From NCBI RefSeq assembly GCF_009914755.1, contig NC_060947.1: a stretch of 64,000 nt of DNA; one strand, given 5' to 3'. Made by a program: the position numbers and the translations under genes. The DNA is from the human T2T-CHM13v2.0 reference genome, Homo sapiens. The notes under the pieces were generated by a model. The model saw only the letters and a list, made by a program, of their open reading frames with translations, was not told the DNA's origin and searched no databases. Below are positions 18,715 through 32,780 of this stretch, piece after piece; the stretch's first letter is position 1; each line of letters begins with the position of its first letter.

Positions 18715-19739
18715 TTACAGTTTGAAATGTTTTTGCAGTGACTGGTACTGGTTGTTCCTTTCCATGTTTAGTGCTTCCTTCAGGAGCTCTTGTAGGGCAG
18801 GCCTGGTGGTGACAAAATCTCTCAGCATTTGCTTGTCTGTAAAGGATTTTATTTCTCCTTCACTTATGAAGCTTAGTTTGGCTGGAAATGAAATTCTGGG
18901 TTGAAAATTCTTTTCTTTAAGAACGTTGAATATTCACCCCCACTCTCTTCTGGCTTGTAGAGTTTCTGCCGAGACATCTGTTGTTAGTCTGATGGGCTTC
19001 CCTTTGTGGGTAACCTGACCTTTCTCTCTGGCTGCCCTTAATATTTTTTCCTTCATTTCAACCTTGGTGTATCTGACAATTATGTGTCTTGGGGTTGCTC
19101 TTCTCGAGGAGTATCTTTGTGGTGTTCTCTGTATTTCCTGAATTTGAATGTTGGCCTGCCTTGCTAGGTTGGGGAAGTTCTCCTGGATAATATCCTGAAG
19201 AGTGATTTCCAACTTGGTTCCATTCTCCCTGTCACTTTCAGGTACACCAATCAGATGTAGATTTGGTCTTTTCACACAGTCCCATATTTCTTGGAGGCTT
19301 TGTTCCTTTCTTTTTACTCTTTCTTTCTCTAAACTTCTCTTCTCACTTTATTTCATTAATTTGATCTGCAATCACTGATAACCTTTCTTCCACTTGATCG
19401 AATCAGCTATTGAAGCTTGTGCATGCGTCACGTAGTTCTCGTGCCATGGTTTTCAGCTCCATCAGGTCATATAAGGTCTTCTCTACACTGTTTATTCTAG
19501 TTAGCCATTCATCTAATCTTTTTTCAAGGTTTTTAGCTTCCTTGTGGTGGGTTAGAACATGCTCCGTTAGCTCAGAGAAGTTTGTTATTACCAACCTTCT
19601 GAAGCCTACTTCTGTTAGCTCGTCAAAGTCATTCTCCATCCAGCTTTCTTGGGTTGCTGATGAGGAGCTGCGATCCTTTGGAGGAAGAGGCACTCTGGTT
19701 TTTAAAATTTTCAAATTTTCTTCTCTGGTTTCTTCCCAT
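18715..19739 (-). pseudogene. ORF1: L1PA6 ORF1, disrupted
   Basis: ATG at 19739; fragments 19403-19714 and 18934-19275 (RPNLHLIGVPE...REKG...QARREWG*). Confidence 0.9.
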
Positions 19740-21041
19740 CTTTGTGGTTTTATCTACCTTTGGTCTTTGATGTTGGTGACCTACCAATGGGGTTTTGGCG
19801 TGGATGTCCTTTTTGTTGATGTTGATGCTATTCCTTTCTGTTTGTTAGTTTTCCTTCTAACAGTCAGGTCCCTCAGCTGCAGGTCTGTTGGAGTTTGCTG
19901 GAGGTCCACTCCAGACCCTGTTTGCCTGGGTATCACCATTGGAGGCTGTAGAACAGCAAATATTGCAGAACAGCAAATATTACTGCCTGTTCCTTCCTCT
20001 GGAAGCTTCGTCCCAGAGAGGCACCCACCCGTATGAGGTGTCAGTCGGTCCCTACTCAGAGGTGTCTCCCAGTTAGGCTACACGGGGGTCAGGGACCCAC
20101 TTGAGGAGGCAGTCTGTCCGTTCTCAGAGCTCAAACACCATGCTGGGAGAACCACTGCTCTCTTCAGAGCTGTCAGACAGGGACGTTTAAGTCTGCAGAA
20201 ATTTCTGCTGCCTTTTGTTCAGCTGTGCCCTGCCCCTAGAGGTGGAATGTACAGAGGCAACAGGCCTTGCTGAGGTGTGGTTGGCTCCACCTAGTTCAAG
20301 CTTCCCTGGCTGCTTTGTTTACCTACTCATGCCTCAGCAATTGCGGACGCCCCTGCTCCAGCCAGGATGCCGCCTCGCAGTTCGATCTCAGACTGCTGCG
20401 CTAGGAGTGAGCATGACTCCGTGTGCATGAAACTTGCTGAGCCAGGTGCGGGATATAATCTCCTGGTTTGCAGTTTGCTAAGACCTTCAGAAAGGCACAG
20501 TATTTGGGTGGAAGTGTCCTGATTTTCCAGGTCTTGTGCTTACTGGGTGAGGCAATGCCCTGCCCTGTTTTGACTCTCCCTCAGTGGGCTGCACCCACTG
20601 TCCAACCAGTCCCAATGAAATGAACCAGGTACCTCAGTTGGAAATGCAGAAATTGCCCGTCTTTTGCATCAATCATGCTGGGAGCTGCAGACTGGAGCTG
20701 TTCCTATTTGGCTATCTTGGAATGGAGCCAGGCATTCCAATAGGTAATTTTTAAATCCTCATCTCCTCTCCCACCCCTCCTCTTTTCGGGATCCCCAGTG
20801 TGTACCATTTCCATCTTTATGTCCATATTTATGCATTGTTTAGATCCCACTTACAAATGAGAACATGATATGATTGATTTTCTGTTTCTGATTTGTTTCA
20901 CTTAGGGTAATGGCCTCCAGATTTATCCATGTTGCTGCAAAGGACAGGATTTTATTCTTTTTCGTATCTGTGTAGGATTTCATGGTGTCTATATATCACA
21001 TTTTCTTTATCCAATCAACCATTGATGGACACTTTGGTTGA

Positions 21042-21408
<367 letters not shown>

Positions 21409-24254
21409 AGGTGGCTTTTTTATATAATAATTTTTTTCTCTTTGGGTAGATGCCCAGTCACAGGATTGCTGGGTCAAATGATAATTCTATTTTGCATTCT
21501 GTGATAAATCTCTATACTGTTTTCCATAGAAGTTGCACAAATTTATATTCCCACCAATAGTGTATAAGTGTTCCCTTTTGTCCTCATGCATGCCAACATC
21601 TGTTGTTTTCCAACTTTTTAGTAATAGTCATTCTGACTGGAGTAAGATGGTATCTCATTGTGATTTTACTTTACATTTCTCTTATGATTAGTGATATTGA
21701 GCATTTTTCATGTTTATTGGTCACATGTATGTCTTCTTTTGAGGAATATCTGTTCATGTCCTTCATCCACTTTTCAATGGAATTGTACTTTACTGTGCAT
21801 AAGTTCTTTAGTTTAACTAAGTACTATTTGGCTATTTTTATTTTTGTTGCATTTGCTTTTGGGGTCTTAGAAATTCTTTGCCTAGGCCAACTTCCAGAAG
21901 AGTTTTTTATAGTTTTAGATCTTACATTTAGGTCTTTAATCCATCTTAAGTTAAATTTTTATACGGTGAGAGATAGGCATCCAGCTTCATTCTTCTGCAT
22001 ATGGTGATCTAATATTCCCAGCATCATTTATTGAAATTAATTTTTTATGACCTTACCAACAGATGCACCTGTTTTTAATTTTTTGTGAACTTTGTCAAAG
22101 ACCAGATGGTTGTATGTATGTGGCTTTATTTGTAAGTTCTTTATTTTGTTCCGTTTATCCGTTTATCCATATGTCAATTTTTGTACCAGTACTATGCTGT
22201 TTCAGTTACTATAGACTTGGAGTATAATAATCAGGTAATCTGATGTTTTTAGCTTTGTTCTTTTGCTTCCATATGGACTTTAGCTTTTTTTTTTTCTAAT
22301 TCTGTGAAGAATGACATTGATACTCTCATAGGAATTGCATTAAATCTGTAGATTGCTTTGGGCAGTATGGTAATTTTAACAATATTGATTCTTCTAATCC
22401 ATGAGCATGGGGTGTGTTTTCATTTGTTTGTGTCATCTATGATTTCTTTCATCAGTGTTTTGCAGTTTCCTTGAAGAGATGTTTCACCTCCTTGATTAAA
22501 TGTATTACTAGGTATTTTTTATGTGTATGGCCATTGTAAATGAAATTGAGTTCTTGATTTGATTTTTGGCTCTATAGGAATGTTACTGATTTTCATGTGT
22601 TGATTTTGTATCCTGAAACTTTACTGAAGTTGTTTATCAAATCCAAGAGTCTTTGGGAGTATCCCTTAGTGTTTTCTAGGTATAAGATCGTGTCACCAGC
22701 AAACAGAGATAATTTGACTCCCTGTTTTCCAATTGTGATGTCTTTTATTTCTTCCTCTTGCCTGATTGCTCTGGCTTGGACTTTCAATACTATGTTGAAT
22801 AGGAGTGATCAGAGTGGGCTTCCTTGTCTAGTTTGAGTTCTTAAGGTGAATGCTTTCAACTTTTCCCCATTCAGTATGATGTTGGCTATGGATTTGTCAT
22901 ATATGATATAAACATACCTCAAAATAATATCAACATGTCATATGATTTCAGTAATAATATGTCATATATGATATTATTTTGAGGTATGTTCCTTTAATGT
23001 CTAGTTTGTTGAAGGTTTTTATCATGAAGAGATATTGGATTTTATGCATATGAGATGATCATATTGTATTTACTATTAATTCTGTTTATGTGGTGAATCG
23101 CCTTTATTGAGTTGAGAATGTTGAACCATCCTTGTATCCTTGGAGTAAAACCCACTTGATTATGATGAATTAACTTTTTGATATGCTGTTGGATTCAGTT
23201 TGCTAGTATTTTGTTGAGGGTTTTTGCATCTATATATTCATCAGGAATATTGGCCTGTAGCTTTCTTTATTTGTTGTGCCTTTGCCTGATTTTGGTATCA
23301 GGGTATTACTGGTTTCATAGAATGAATTAGGGAGAAAACCTTCCTCCTTGATTTTCTGGAAAAGTGTCTGTAAGATTGGTATCAGCCCTTCTTTGTATGT
23401 CTGGTAAAATTTGGCTTCGATTTTTTGTGGTCCTGGGCTTCTGTTTTTGTTGGAAGATTTTTTTTAATTACTGATCCAATTTCGTTACTAATTATTGATC
23501 TGTTTAGGATTCCTATTTTTTCATGGTTCATTCCTGGGAGGGTGTATGTTTCCAGGAATATATCCATTTCCTCCAGGTTTTCCAGTTTGTGTGCATAGAG
23601 ATGTTCTTTGTAATCTCTGATGACCTTTTGTATTTCTGTGTTATCAGTTGTAACGTCACCTTTATCATTTCTGATTGTGCTTATTTGAATCTTCTTTCTC
23701 CTTTTCTTGGTTAAACTAACCAGTGGTCTGTTGATTGTTTTATCTTTTCAAAAAACCAACTTTTTATTTTGTTGATCCTTTCTAGAACAAATTAAACCCA
23801 CAGCTAGCAGAGGAACTAAATAACAAAGATCAGAGCAAAAATAATGAGATTAATTTATACATTCTAAAATTTGTGTTATACTTAGAAAAGCTTTACCTTG
23901 GATCAGGAAAATCAAATTCTTACTGTTTCTTTGAATATTTTATTGTTTACTTTTTTACATGTATATTTTTGTTTCTTTGGAATTTATTCTGCTGTACAGA
24001 ATGATGTAAATTTCCAATTTTAAAAATATATTTTTCCTAGTGTTTTAGTCAACTTCATAATATAGGAAAATTTTATATAAACATGTATACATTTATTTTC
24101 ATATACATATGCACTGATTTATGTTTGTGTATTTATGAAACAGTGCTACATTGTGTTTAGTTATTCAGCTTTAAAATGATTTTCATGTTTATAATTTATC
24201 TGGCCCTTCTTATTTTGCTGTTGTGGTTGTTGTTTTTTCCATATTATATCTATG

Positions 24255-24640
24255 GAAATCCCTACAGAAAAGATGTGACATTTTAAATGTATTAATTCAG
24301 GGAGAGTTTAATAAAGAAACAGTATACGAAGATGTGGGCAAGGTGTAGAAGGAAGGGACACGGCTGTTCCTGTGACTATTACTATCTGGATACCATTATA
24401 CTTAGGCTTAAGAAGGTGAGAAGGGGCAAGAGGAGGAAGCTGTTATCACAACCCAGAAGAAGTCATGTAGCAGCTACTAATTGGCAATATGACTTGCCAT
24501 TGGGGCCTAGAGTACATGCAATTGAAATGCAGAAGACAAGCGGCCCATTGATGCAGTCCGTATAGTTCACCCTTCAAGCCCAGAGCAAGTTAGAGAAGGA
24601 TAGATAGAAAATACGCAAGGATATGTGGACATTGCTCAGC
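24255..24640 (-). mobile_element. Ancient ERVL-type LTR (LTR33-like)
   Basis: ggagagtttaataaagaaacagtatacgaagatgtgggcaaggt resembles recalled LTR33 reverse strand. Confidence 0.4.
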
Positions 24641-24967
24641 AAAATAAATGCGTTTTGCTTCCCAGTATGCACTTGTATCTTTCATTTAGTTGACAAGTTT
24701 GTGCTCACCTAGAAAGAGGAACACTATCAACTACTTTATCATTGTGAAGTAAGATCAATTCATGTATCCCATTATTTGAACCCTAAATTGTTGAATAGGT
24801 TATTACAATATTGGATTTGATAAATGTAATTATATCTTTACAATCTCTATCAGAAAGAATTCTTCAGACTTAGAGAAAGATTTTAAACACATGAGTAGCA
24901 TGTGATTATTTGACATGTGGAAAGGGCTATAGAGTAGCCACCAGTCAAAGTGTAGAACAGGAGAAAT

Positions 24968-25016
24968 TAGATAGATAGGTAGATAGATAGATAGACAGAC
25001 AGATAGATAGATAGAC
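24968..25016 (+). repeat. Compound (GATA/GACA)n microsatellite
   Basis: tagatagataggtagatagatagatagacagacagatagatagatagac. Confidence 0.95.
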
Positions 25017-25018
25017 AT

Positions 25019-25311
25019 GGCTGGGTGTGGTGGCTCATGCCTGTAATCCTAGCACTTTGGGAGGCCAAGGCAGGAAGATGGCTTGAGCCCAGGGGTTCCA
25101 GACCATCCTGGGCAACATGGCCAAACCACATCTCTACAAAAAACACAAAAATTAGCCAGATGTGATGGCACATGCCTATAGTACTGGCTACTTGGAAGGC
25201 TGAGGTGGGAGGATGGCTTGAGCCCAGGAGGTGGAGGTTGCAGTGAGCCATCATTGTGCACTGCACTCCAACCTGGGCAAGAGACCCAGACCCTGTCTCA
25301 AAAAAAAAAAA
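25019..25311 (+). mobile_element. AluJ
   Basis: ggctgggtgtggtggctcatgcc...; 'gcttgagcccagg' in both arms (AluJ-type); poly(A). Confidence 0.93.
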
Positions 25312-25319
25312 TACGTAGG

Positions 25320-26650
<1,331 letters not shown>

Positions 26651-27315
26651 TTAAAACTAACAGTATGACCATCCTTACCATTATTCTGGTTCCTCCATTA
26701 ATGTACAAATTAAATATTTAGTACATACTCACTTCATATTTCTTTGAGAGTCATGCTTTTCACCTTTGAAAATTATTCTTTGACAGTTTGGAAGTTCCTC
26801 TACATGGACAATTAAACTGGATTTCTTTGGAAATGCCACACATGGGTTCTTTAAGTTCAGATACATCTTTTGTCAGCTCTTTGTGTGACTCTACAGTGAT
26901 AAAAGTATTGTATTCTCTGTGACTCAGGTTTTGTTTTCTCCTGATTCTGTATTTTTTGTATGTGTTTCTGGGTTTTGTCCAAGTTTGGTTCTTTATCTGG
27001 TTTGAGCTGTTCATTAAATTATCCTCCAATAGAGGCAGTAAAAATTGTCAGTTTGGTTTTATTATCTGTCTGATCATTTGATAATCTCTGACAGATAGGC
27101 ATGGGGATCTATTTCTTTTGAGTGAGAAGAAAAAAGGAGGATGTTATTTGTCAGAGTTATTTTGTTTGTTTCTTCTTGTCTCTTTTTCTATTTCTGTGAG
27201 AACACATCTCACTTCCATTAGAAAAAAATTTTATTTAATATAAGAAATATCAAATTGTTGTGAACTGTAGTTACTCTGGTCCAAGAATGACAGTTGTAGC
27301 TATAAAGGATAGAAC

Positions 27316-27358
<43 letters not shown>

Positions 27359-27360
27359 CA
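27316..27360 (+). repeat. (GATA)10 tetranucleotide microsatellite
   Basis: Perfect GATA run followed by GACA. Confidence 0.97.
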
Positions 27361-27361
27361 G

Positions 27362-27792
27362 ATTAAATTTAAAATTGGGACCCCAATTCACTATGCCAAA
27401 GGGAAAAAAATTAAGCTGAAAGCAGAGTCATGCAAGAAACTGCTTTCCCTTTTGTTGCTAAGCAGAGAGCTACAGGTAAAAGATTAAATGTATCCACAGG
27501 TAGCTACTTTATGTAAAGTGCCAGTTTACTGAGTACAAGATGAATATATAATTGACTATTCCCCTACCTGCTCCTTTTCTCTCCCAACATGTGTATTACC
27601 ATACCCTCCCTCTTTCCCCTCCAGTCCACTTTTCTCTTTAAATATTGAAGCTCTCAAAATCATCTTTGGAGAAAGCCAAAGACCATAAACTTTCTGTGAT
27701 TCTGCATTTTTATCTCCTGGACATGTCCTTAACCTTGGAAAAAGAAACTTCTAAATTAATTGAGGCATGTCTCAGATACTTTTTGGTTTACA
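27362..27792 (+). mobile_element. ERV1 MER4-group solo LTR
   Basis: gggaccccaattcactatgccaaagggaaaa...ttaagctgaaagcagagtcatgcaagaaactgc...tctcagatactttttggtttaca. Confidence 0.7.
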
Positions 27793-29534
27793 ATAGGTTC
27801 ATACACACAGACATAAGTATAGATATATATTGGTGAAAATAGTGGATCTGTTCAAATACTAAGTCATAATAAGATTTCTCAATTATCTAGGCTCCAGTTT
27901 TCTCTGTGAAAGAGAATTTAGTAACTTTGTTTAAATGTTTTATTTAATATATGTTTGAAACTCAGCTAGAAACAAAAATAGCAAAGAAGACAATTACTCT
28001 ACTGCCAAATATCATAATAATACAAGTTTTGAATATAATTTACTCACTGTCAAAATAGCACATTAGTTTTGAAGTACCTTAGTGGGCTACAAACAAAAGA
28101 AAGTCGAAAGTTATCCCTAACTTGTGTAATTTGCCCAGATAATGGAGATTTGTAATCTCAACAGAATAGCTTTCTGTGCTTTATATTGATTTTTATATTT
28201 CTGATGAAGCAAAAACCACCACACAAATACGTTCTTCTGAAAGAGCTAAGTTTGTTTTTTACAAGTATACCAGCTTCTACTAGGTTTTATTTTTAAATAT
28301 TTGAATTTTGTCTTTGATTTATAGGTTTCTAGGCTCTATCTTCCCCTTGGTCTCAGGTACTTATGTTTCTGTTTCAATTATGTGACAAAATTATCTCATT
28401 TTTTTAAGTTTTTACTTCTCAGGGTAAGACCCTAATTTCAAATAATACAATTTTCAAGATGAAATTAGTAATATCTTTGGAGTTTCTCAAAAGTTTCCTC
28501 ATCAACTACAATGATTGTTTACCTTACGGTAAGAGACCACTAACATAATTAGGTTAATTTGGAAAGCTCCATATTTCTTGAATAGCTCAGTACCAGAGAA
28601 CAAATATTAGGGGGAGTTTTTAGAAGTTCAAATTTCTTTATGTTCATTTTGTTCAGATAAAGTATTTTTAGTTAAGATCTATTACAGAAATCGTATATTT
28701 TCAATATGGACAAGAAGCCCGTGGAGCTTTGTCAGTGCCTTCCCTGCCTATCATATACCCATTCTTAATGTCAGGGAAAACAACAATTAAATTCTTGTGA
28801 AATAGTTATGTACTACACCCAGTAGAGAATTTTCATCTCCTTTATTCTGATAGTGTTTTTTTTTTTTGTTCACTGTTACTGTAATGAATTAACCAGTAAG
28901 TCTTATCTGCCGTAACAGCCTTATCTGCCTTATCAGTCTTATTGTCAACTTGTGGTTTCTGTTTTAATCTCCTGCTTATTTGAAGACAGCTATAAACTGC
29001 AGGCTAGATATTACATCATCAACAAAGAAGGGTAGTCTTATAAAAAGTACTCTACCAGGTGCTCTTAACTATAGATACTTAAATAATTTTTGGCTACAGG
29101 CTTCTGAGCTGACATTGTATAGAGAACTATGAGAATGTAGGAGAAATGAAAGGCAAGATTTCCAGTACACTTTGTAGACCAGAAGCAGATGAGGTTGTGG
29201 TTGCAGACTAAGTGCCCAAGTTCCAGTCAAACAAGAATATAAGATTAAATTAAGTGACGAAGGAAATATAACTGTGATTAATTTGTTTGGAAAACTGTAG
29301 GCATTATTTTGTCATCTTTTCTCTAATGAAGGTTTTCATTTTTCTTCTTAATCTACTTCTGAACTTTAATTTAGACTATACTATTACACACTGAAATAAA
29401 ATATCTCAGAAATCAGGAATGAATAGTTTCACCGAATCATTTTAATTTTGCAGTAACTTTATTGAGTTAAAGTTCACATAAAATTATGTGTATATATTTA
29501 AGCTATATAATTTGATAAGTTTGTCACGCATATA

Positions 29535-30822
29535 CAAGGAAACTTCAAAAAGTTCATGGAAAATGCACATTATGAAAAAACTATGTATGGATTTCAAAAT
29601 TATTTTTGCTCCAAAATAAACTCGTACTGACTTGTTATGATATGTTTGAACAAGATCTAATTTGAGGCACTAAGAAGTATAAGACACCAGTTTGAAAGGA
29701 GCCCCTATTAGAGCAACATGAATTCTGCTAAAATTGAAGCAAGAACAAACATCAGATTTATGGTGAAATTTGGGTGGAAGAATAGTGAAATCATTAATGC
29801 TTTACAAAAAGTTTATGAGGACAACGTCCCCAAGAAATCAACAGTTTCCAAATAGACAACTTACTTTAAGAAGCAATAAGACGATGTTGAAGATGAAGCC
29901 CACAGGAGCTCATCATCCACATCAGATTGCAAGGAAAAATTCATCTTGTTCATGCCGTAAATGAAAAGGACCAAACAGCAGAAACAATAGCCACCACCAT
30001 AGACATCTCAGTCAGTTCAGATTACACAATTCCGACTGAAAGATTAAAGTTGTACTAACTTGTCACTCAATAGGTGCCAAAGCTATTGCACCCAGATCAG
30101 CTGCTGACAAGAGCAGAGCTTTCAATGGAAATTTTAAACAAGTGGGATCAAGATTGTGAAACATTTCTTCAAAGACTTGTAAAAGAGATGAAACATAGCT
30201 TTACCAGTACGTTGCTGAAGACATAGCACAACAGTAACAAAGAGGTGAAAGTGGTCTAGTCAATGCAAAAGCATACCAGTCAAGAACAAAGGTCATGGCA
30301 ACAGTTTTTTTCAGACCTTCAAGGCATTTTGTTTATTGATTTTCTGGAGGGCTAAAGAATGATCACATCTGCTTATTATGAGAGAGTGTTGTGAAAGTTA
30401 GCCACAGCTTCAGCAGAAAAACACCCAGGAAAGCTTCACTACAGAGTCCTTCACCACCAAAACAAGCTCCTGATCATTCCTCTCATCAAACAAGAGCAAT
30501 TTTGTGAAGGGTTTGATGGAAAATCATTAGGCATCCACCTTGCAGTCCTAATTTGGATCCGTTTGACTTCTTTTTGTTTTCTAATCTTAAAAATAAAATC
30601 TGTAAAGGTCACCCATTTTTCTTCAGTTAATAATGTAAAAAAAGACTGCATTCACCTGGTTAAATCCCCAGGATCCTCAGTTCCTTAGGGATGGACTAAA
30701 TGGCTGGTATCAACACTTACAAAAGTGCCTTGAACCTGATGGAGCTTATGCTGAGAAATATGTTTATATTTATAATTTTTATCTTTTAATTCCATTTCCT
30801 TGAACTTCTTGAAGTCCTTTTG
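29535..30822 (+). mobile_element. HSMAR2: Full-length HSMAR2 mariner DNA transposon with TIRs and TA TSD
   Basis: TA|caaggaaacttcaaaaagttcatggaaaatg ... catttccttgaacttcttgaagtccttttg|TA; 1288 bp. Confidence 0.93.
29718..30761 (+). pseudogene. HSMAR2 transposase, frameshifted and stopped
   Basis: Begins MNSAKIEARTNIRFMVKFGWKNSEIINALQKVYEDN; degenerate RDET*LYQY (GDETW) and HPPCSPNLDPFDFFL (HPPYSPDLAPSDF) mariner motifs. Confidence 0.88.
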
Positions 30823-30969
30823 TACTTGTGAAACCATCACCCCAATTAAGCTATGAACATGTTCATCACCCCCAAAAGATTGATTTTGCCCCTTTGTAAT
30901 CTATCTCTGTAGTACCTCTCTCCATCCACAGGTTCCGCTTTCATTCACTATATATTAGTTTATGTTAAT

Positions 30970-31470
30970 AAGGTTAAATACACTTTTATCATACAACTAG
31001 GTAATTCTACTTTTAGGTATTTACCCAAGAGAAATGAAAATGTATTTCCACAGAAATATTTGTAATATTCATAGTGGCCTAAAACTAAACAATTCAAATA
31101 TCCAAGAACAGGTGAACTAATCAACCAGTTTTGGTACATACATGCAATGGGATACTAGCCAAAAATAAACTACTGATTCATAAAACAATATGGATCAATT
31201 TTAAAACCATTATGCTCATACAGAAAAGTACATTCTGTCTAATCCTATGTGTTTAAATTTATAAACAAGTGAAAATAATCAATGTTCATAAAAATCAGAA
31301 CACTTGTTGCTTTTTCGTATGGGGATTGACTGGAGGTGGGCAGCAGACTATGATTCTCTGGTGAGAAAATATTCTAATCTTGATTGTGGTGGTGTAAATA
31401 TTTGTCAAAACTTATTGAATTGCCCAAAAATAGTGCATTTCACTTTATGTAAATTTTACCTCAGTTACAA
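30970..31470 (+). mobile_element. Old L1 (L1MC/ME) 3' fragment
   Basis: ttttaggtatttacccaagagaaatgaaaatgtat...gtgcatttcactttatgtaaattttacctc. Confidence 0.65.
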
Positions 31471-31699
31471 TGATTTCTTGCCCCTCAAGACTAACATGTG
31501 CTAAGGAGAGCGGAGGCATGAAGTGTTTATTTAAGCAGTTTTTCCTGGGACATCATCCATTTCTGCTTCAAACAAAAATGGTCCACATTTACATGCTTAG
31601 CATATTGCTCTCCTGTTTAAGATTCATTCTGATGGGTGCTAAAGACAGAATCTACCTACATCCTAGATTAAAACAGAGGGGTCGAATTATTATCCCTTT

Positions 31700-32037
31700 G
31701 AAATTATGTCCTTTGCAGTAATAGGATTGGAGCTAGAGACCGTTATCCTTAGTGAGCTAACTGAGAAGCAGAAAATGAAATATCTTATGTTCTCAATTGT
31801 AAGTGAGAACTAAACAATGGGTACACATGAACATAAAGATGGAAATAATAGACTCTGAGGACTCCAAAAGTGGGGAGAGAGGGAGAAGGATGAGGGTTGA
31901 AAATTGCCTATTTGGTACAATGCTCAATATTTAAGGGATGGATATACTAGAAACCCAATCCCCACCATTACACAATATAGCCATGTAACAAACAAGCATA
32001 TGTATCCCCTGAATCTAAAAGAAAAATAATTTAAAAA
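31700..32037 (+). mobile_element. L1PB4-like 3' end
   Basis: atgtcctttgcag...ggaaataatagactctgaggactccaaaag...ccatgtaacaaacaagcatatgtatcccctgaatctaaaa. Confidence 0.8.
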
Positions 32038-32142
32038 GCAAATTTAGCAACAAACCCCAAGAAATATCAACTCACTCCCAGACTAAATTTTTTTCATTCT
32101 TATAAAGCTAAGATTCTTATACTATTCATATACTCAATACTT

Positions 32143-32780
32143 ACCATTGTGGAAGACAGTGTGGCGATTCCTCAAGGATCTAGAACCAGAAATACCATTT
32201 GACTCAGCCATCCCATTACTGGGTATATACCCAAAGGATTATAAATCATGCTGCTATAAAGACACATGCACACGCATGTTTATTGTGGCATTATTCACAA
32301 TAGCAAAGACTTGGAACCAACCCAAATGTCCATCAATGATAGACTGGATTAAGAAAATGTGGCACGTATACACCATGGAATACTATGCAGCCATAAAAAA
32401 GAATGAGTTCATGTCCTTTGTAGGGACATGGATGAAGCTGGAAACCATCATTCTCAGCAAACTATCGCGAGGACAAAAAACCAAACACCGCATGTTCTCA
32501 CTCATAGGTGGGAATTGAACAATGAGAACACTTGGACACAGGAAGGGGAACATCACACACCAGGGCCTGTCGTGGGGTGGGGGGAGGGGGGAGGGATAGC
32601 ATTAGGAGATATACCTAATGTAAATGATGAGTTAATGGGTGCAGCACACCAACATGGCACATGTATACATATGTAACAAACCTGCAGGTTGTGCACATGT
32701 ACCCTAGAACTGAAAGTATAATGATAATAATAATAATAATAATAATAATTTAAAAAAAGAGTTTGGCACCATTAAAAAAA
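32143..32780 (+). mobile_element. 5'-truncated L1PA4-like insertion with (TAA)n tail
   Basis: ORF2 C-terminus (…HRMFSLIGGN*), 3' UTR 'taatgtaaatgatgagttaatgggtgcagcacaccaac'; candidate TSD aatactt 32136-32142 and 32781-32787. Confidence 0.92.

Larger units (their letters stand above)
29445..30965 (-). mobile_element. L1MB/MC 3' end fragment split by HSMAR2
   Basis: tttattgagttaaagttcacata...tttgataagtttgtcacgcata resumes after the mariner as cttgtgaaaccatcaccccaattaag...catcacccccaaaag. Confidence 0.7.

Noticed and set aside
19410-20036. 208-aa plus-strand ORF
   Set aside because: Antisense to L1PA6 ORF1/5' UTR with a non-ATG start; typical L1 antisense open frame
20330-20560. ORF0 in the L1PA6 copy
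   Set aside because: Start codon reads ATT (gcaattgcgg) and there is a ~50-bp deletion near 20530
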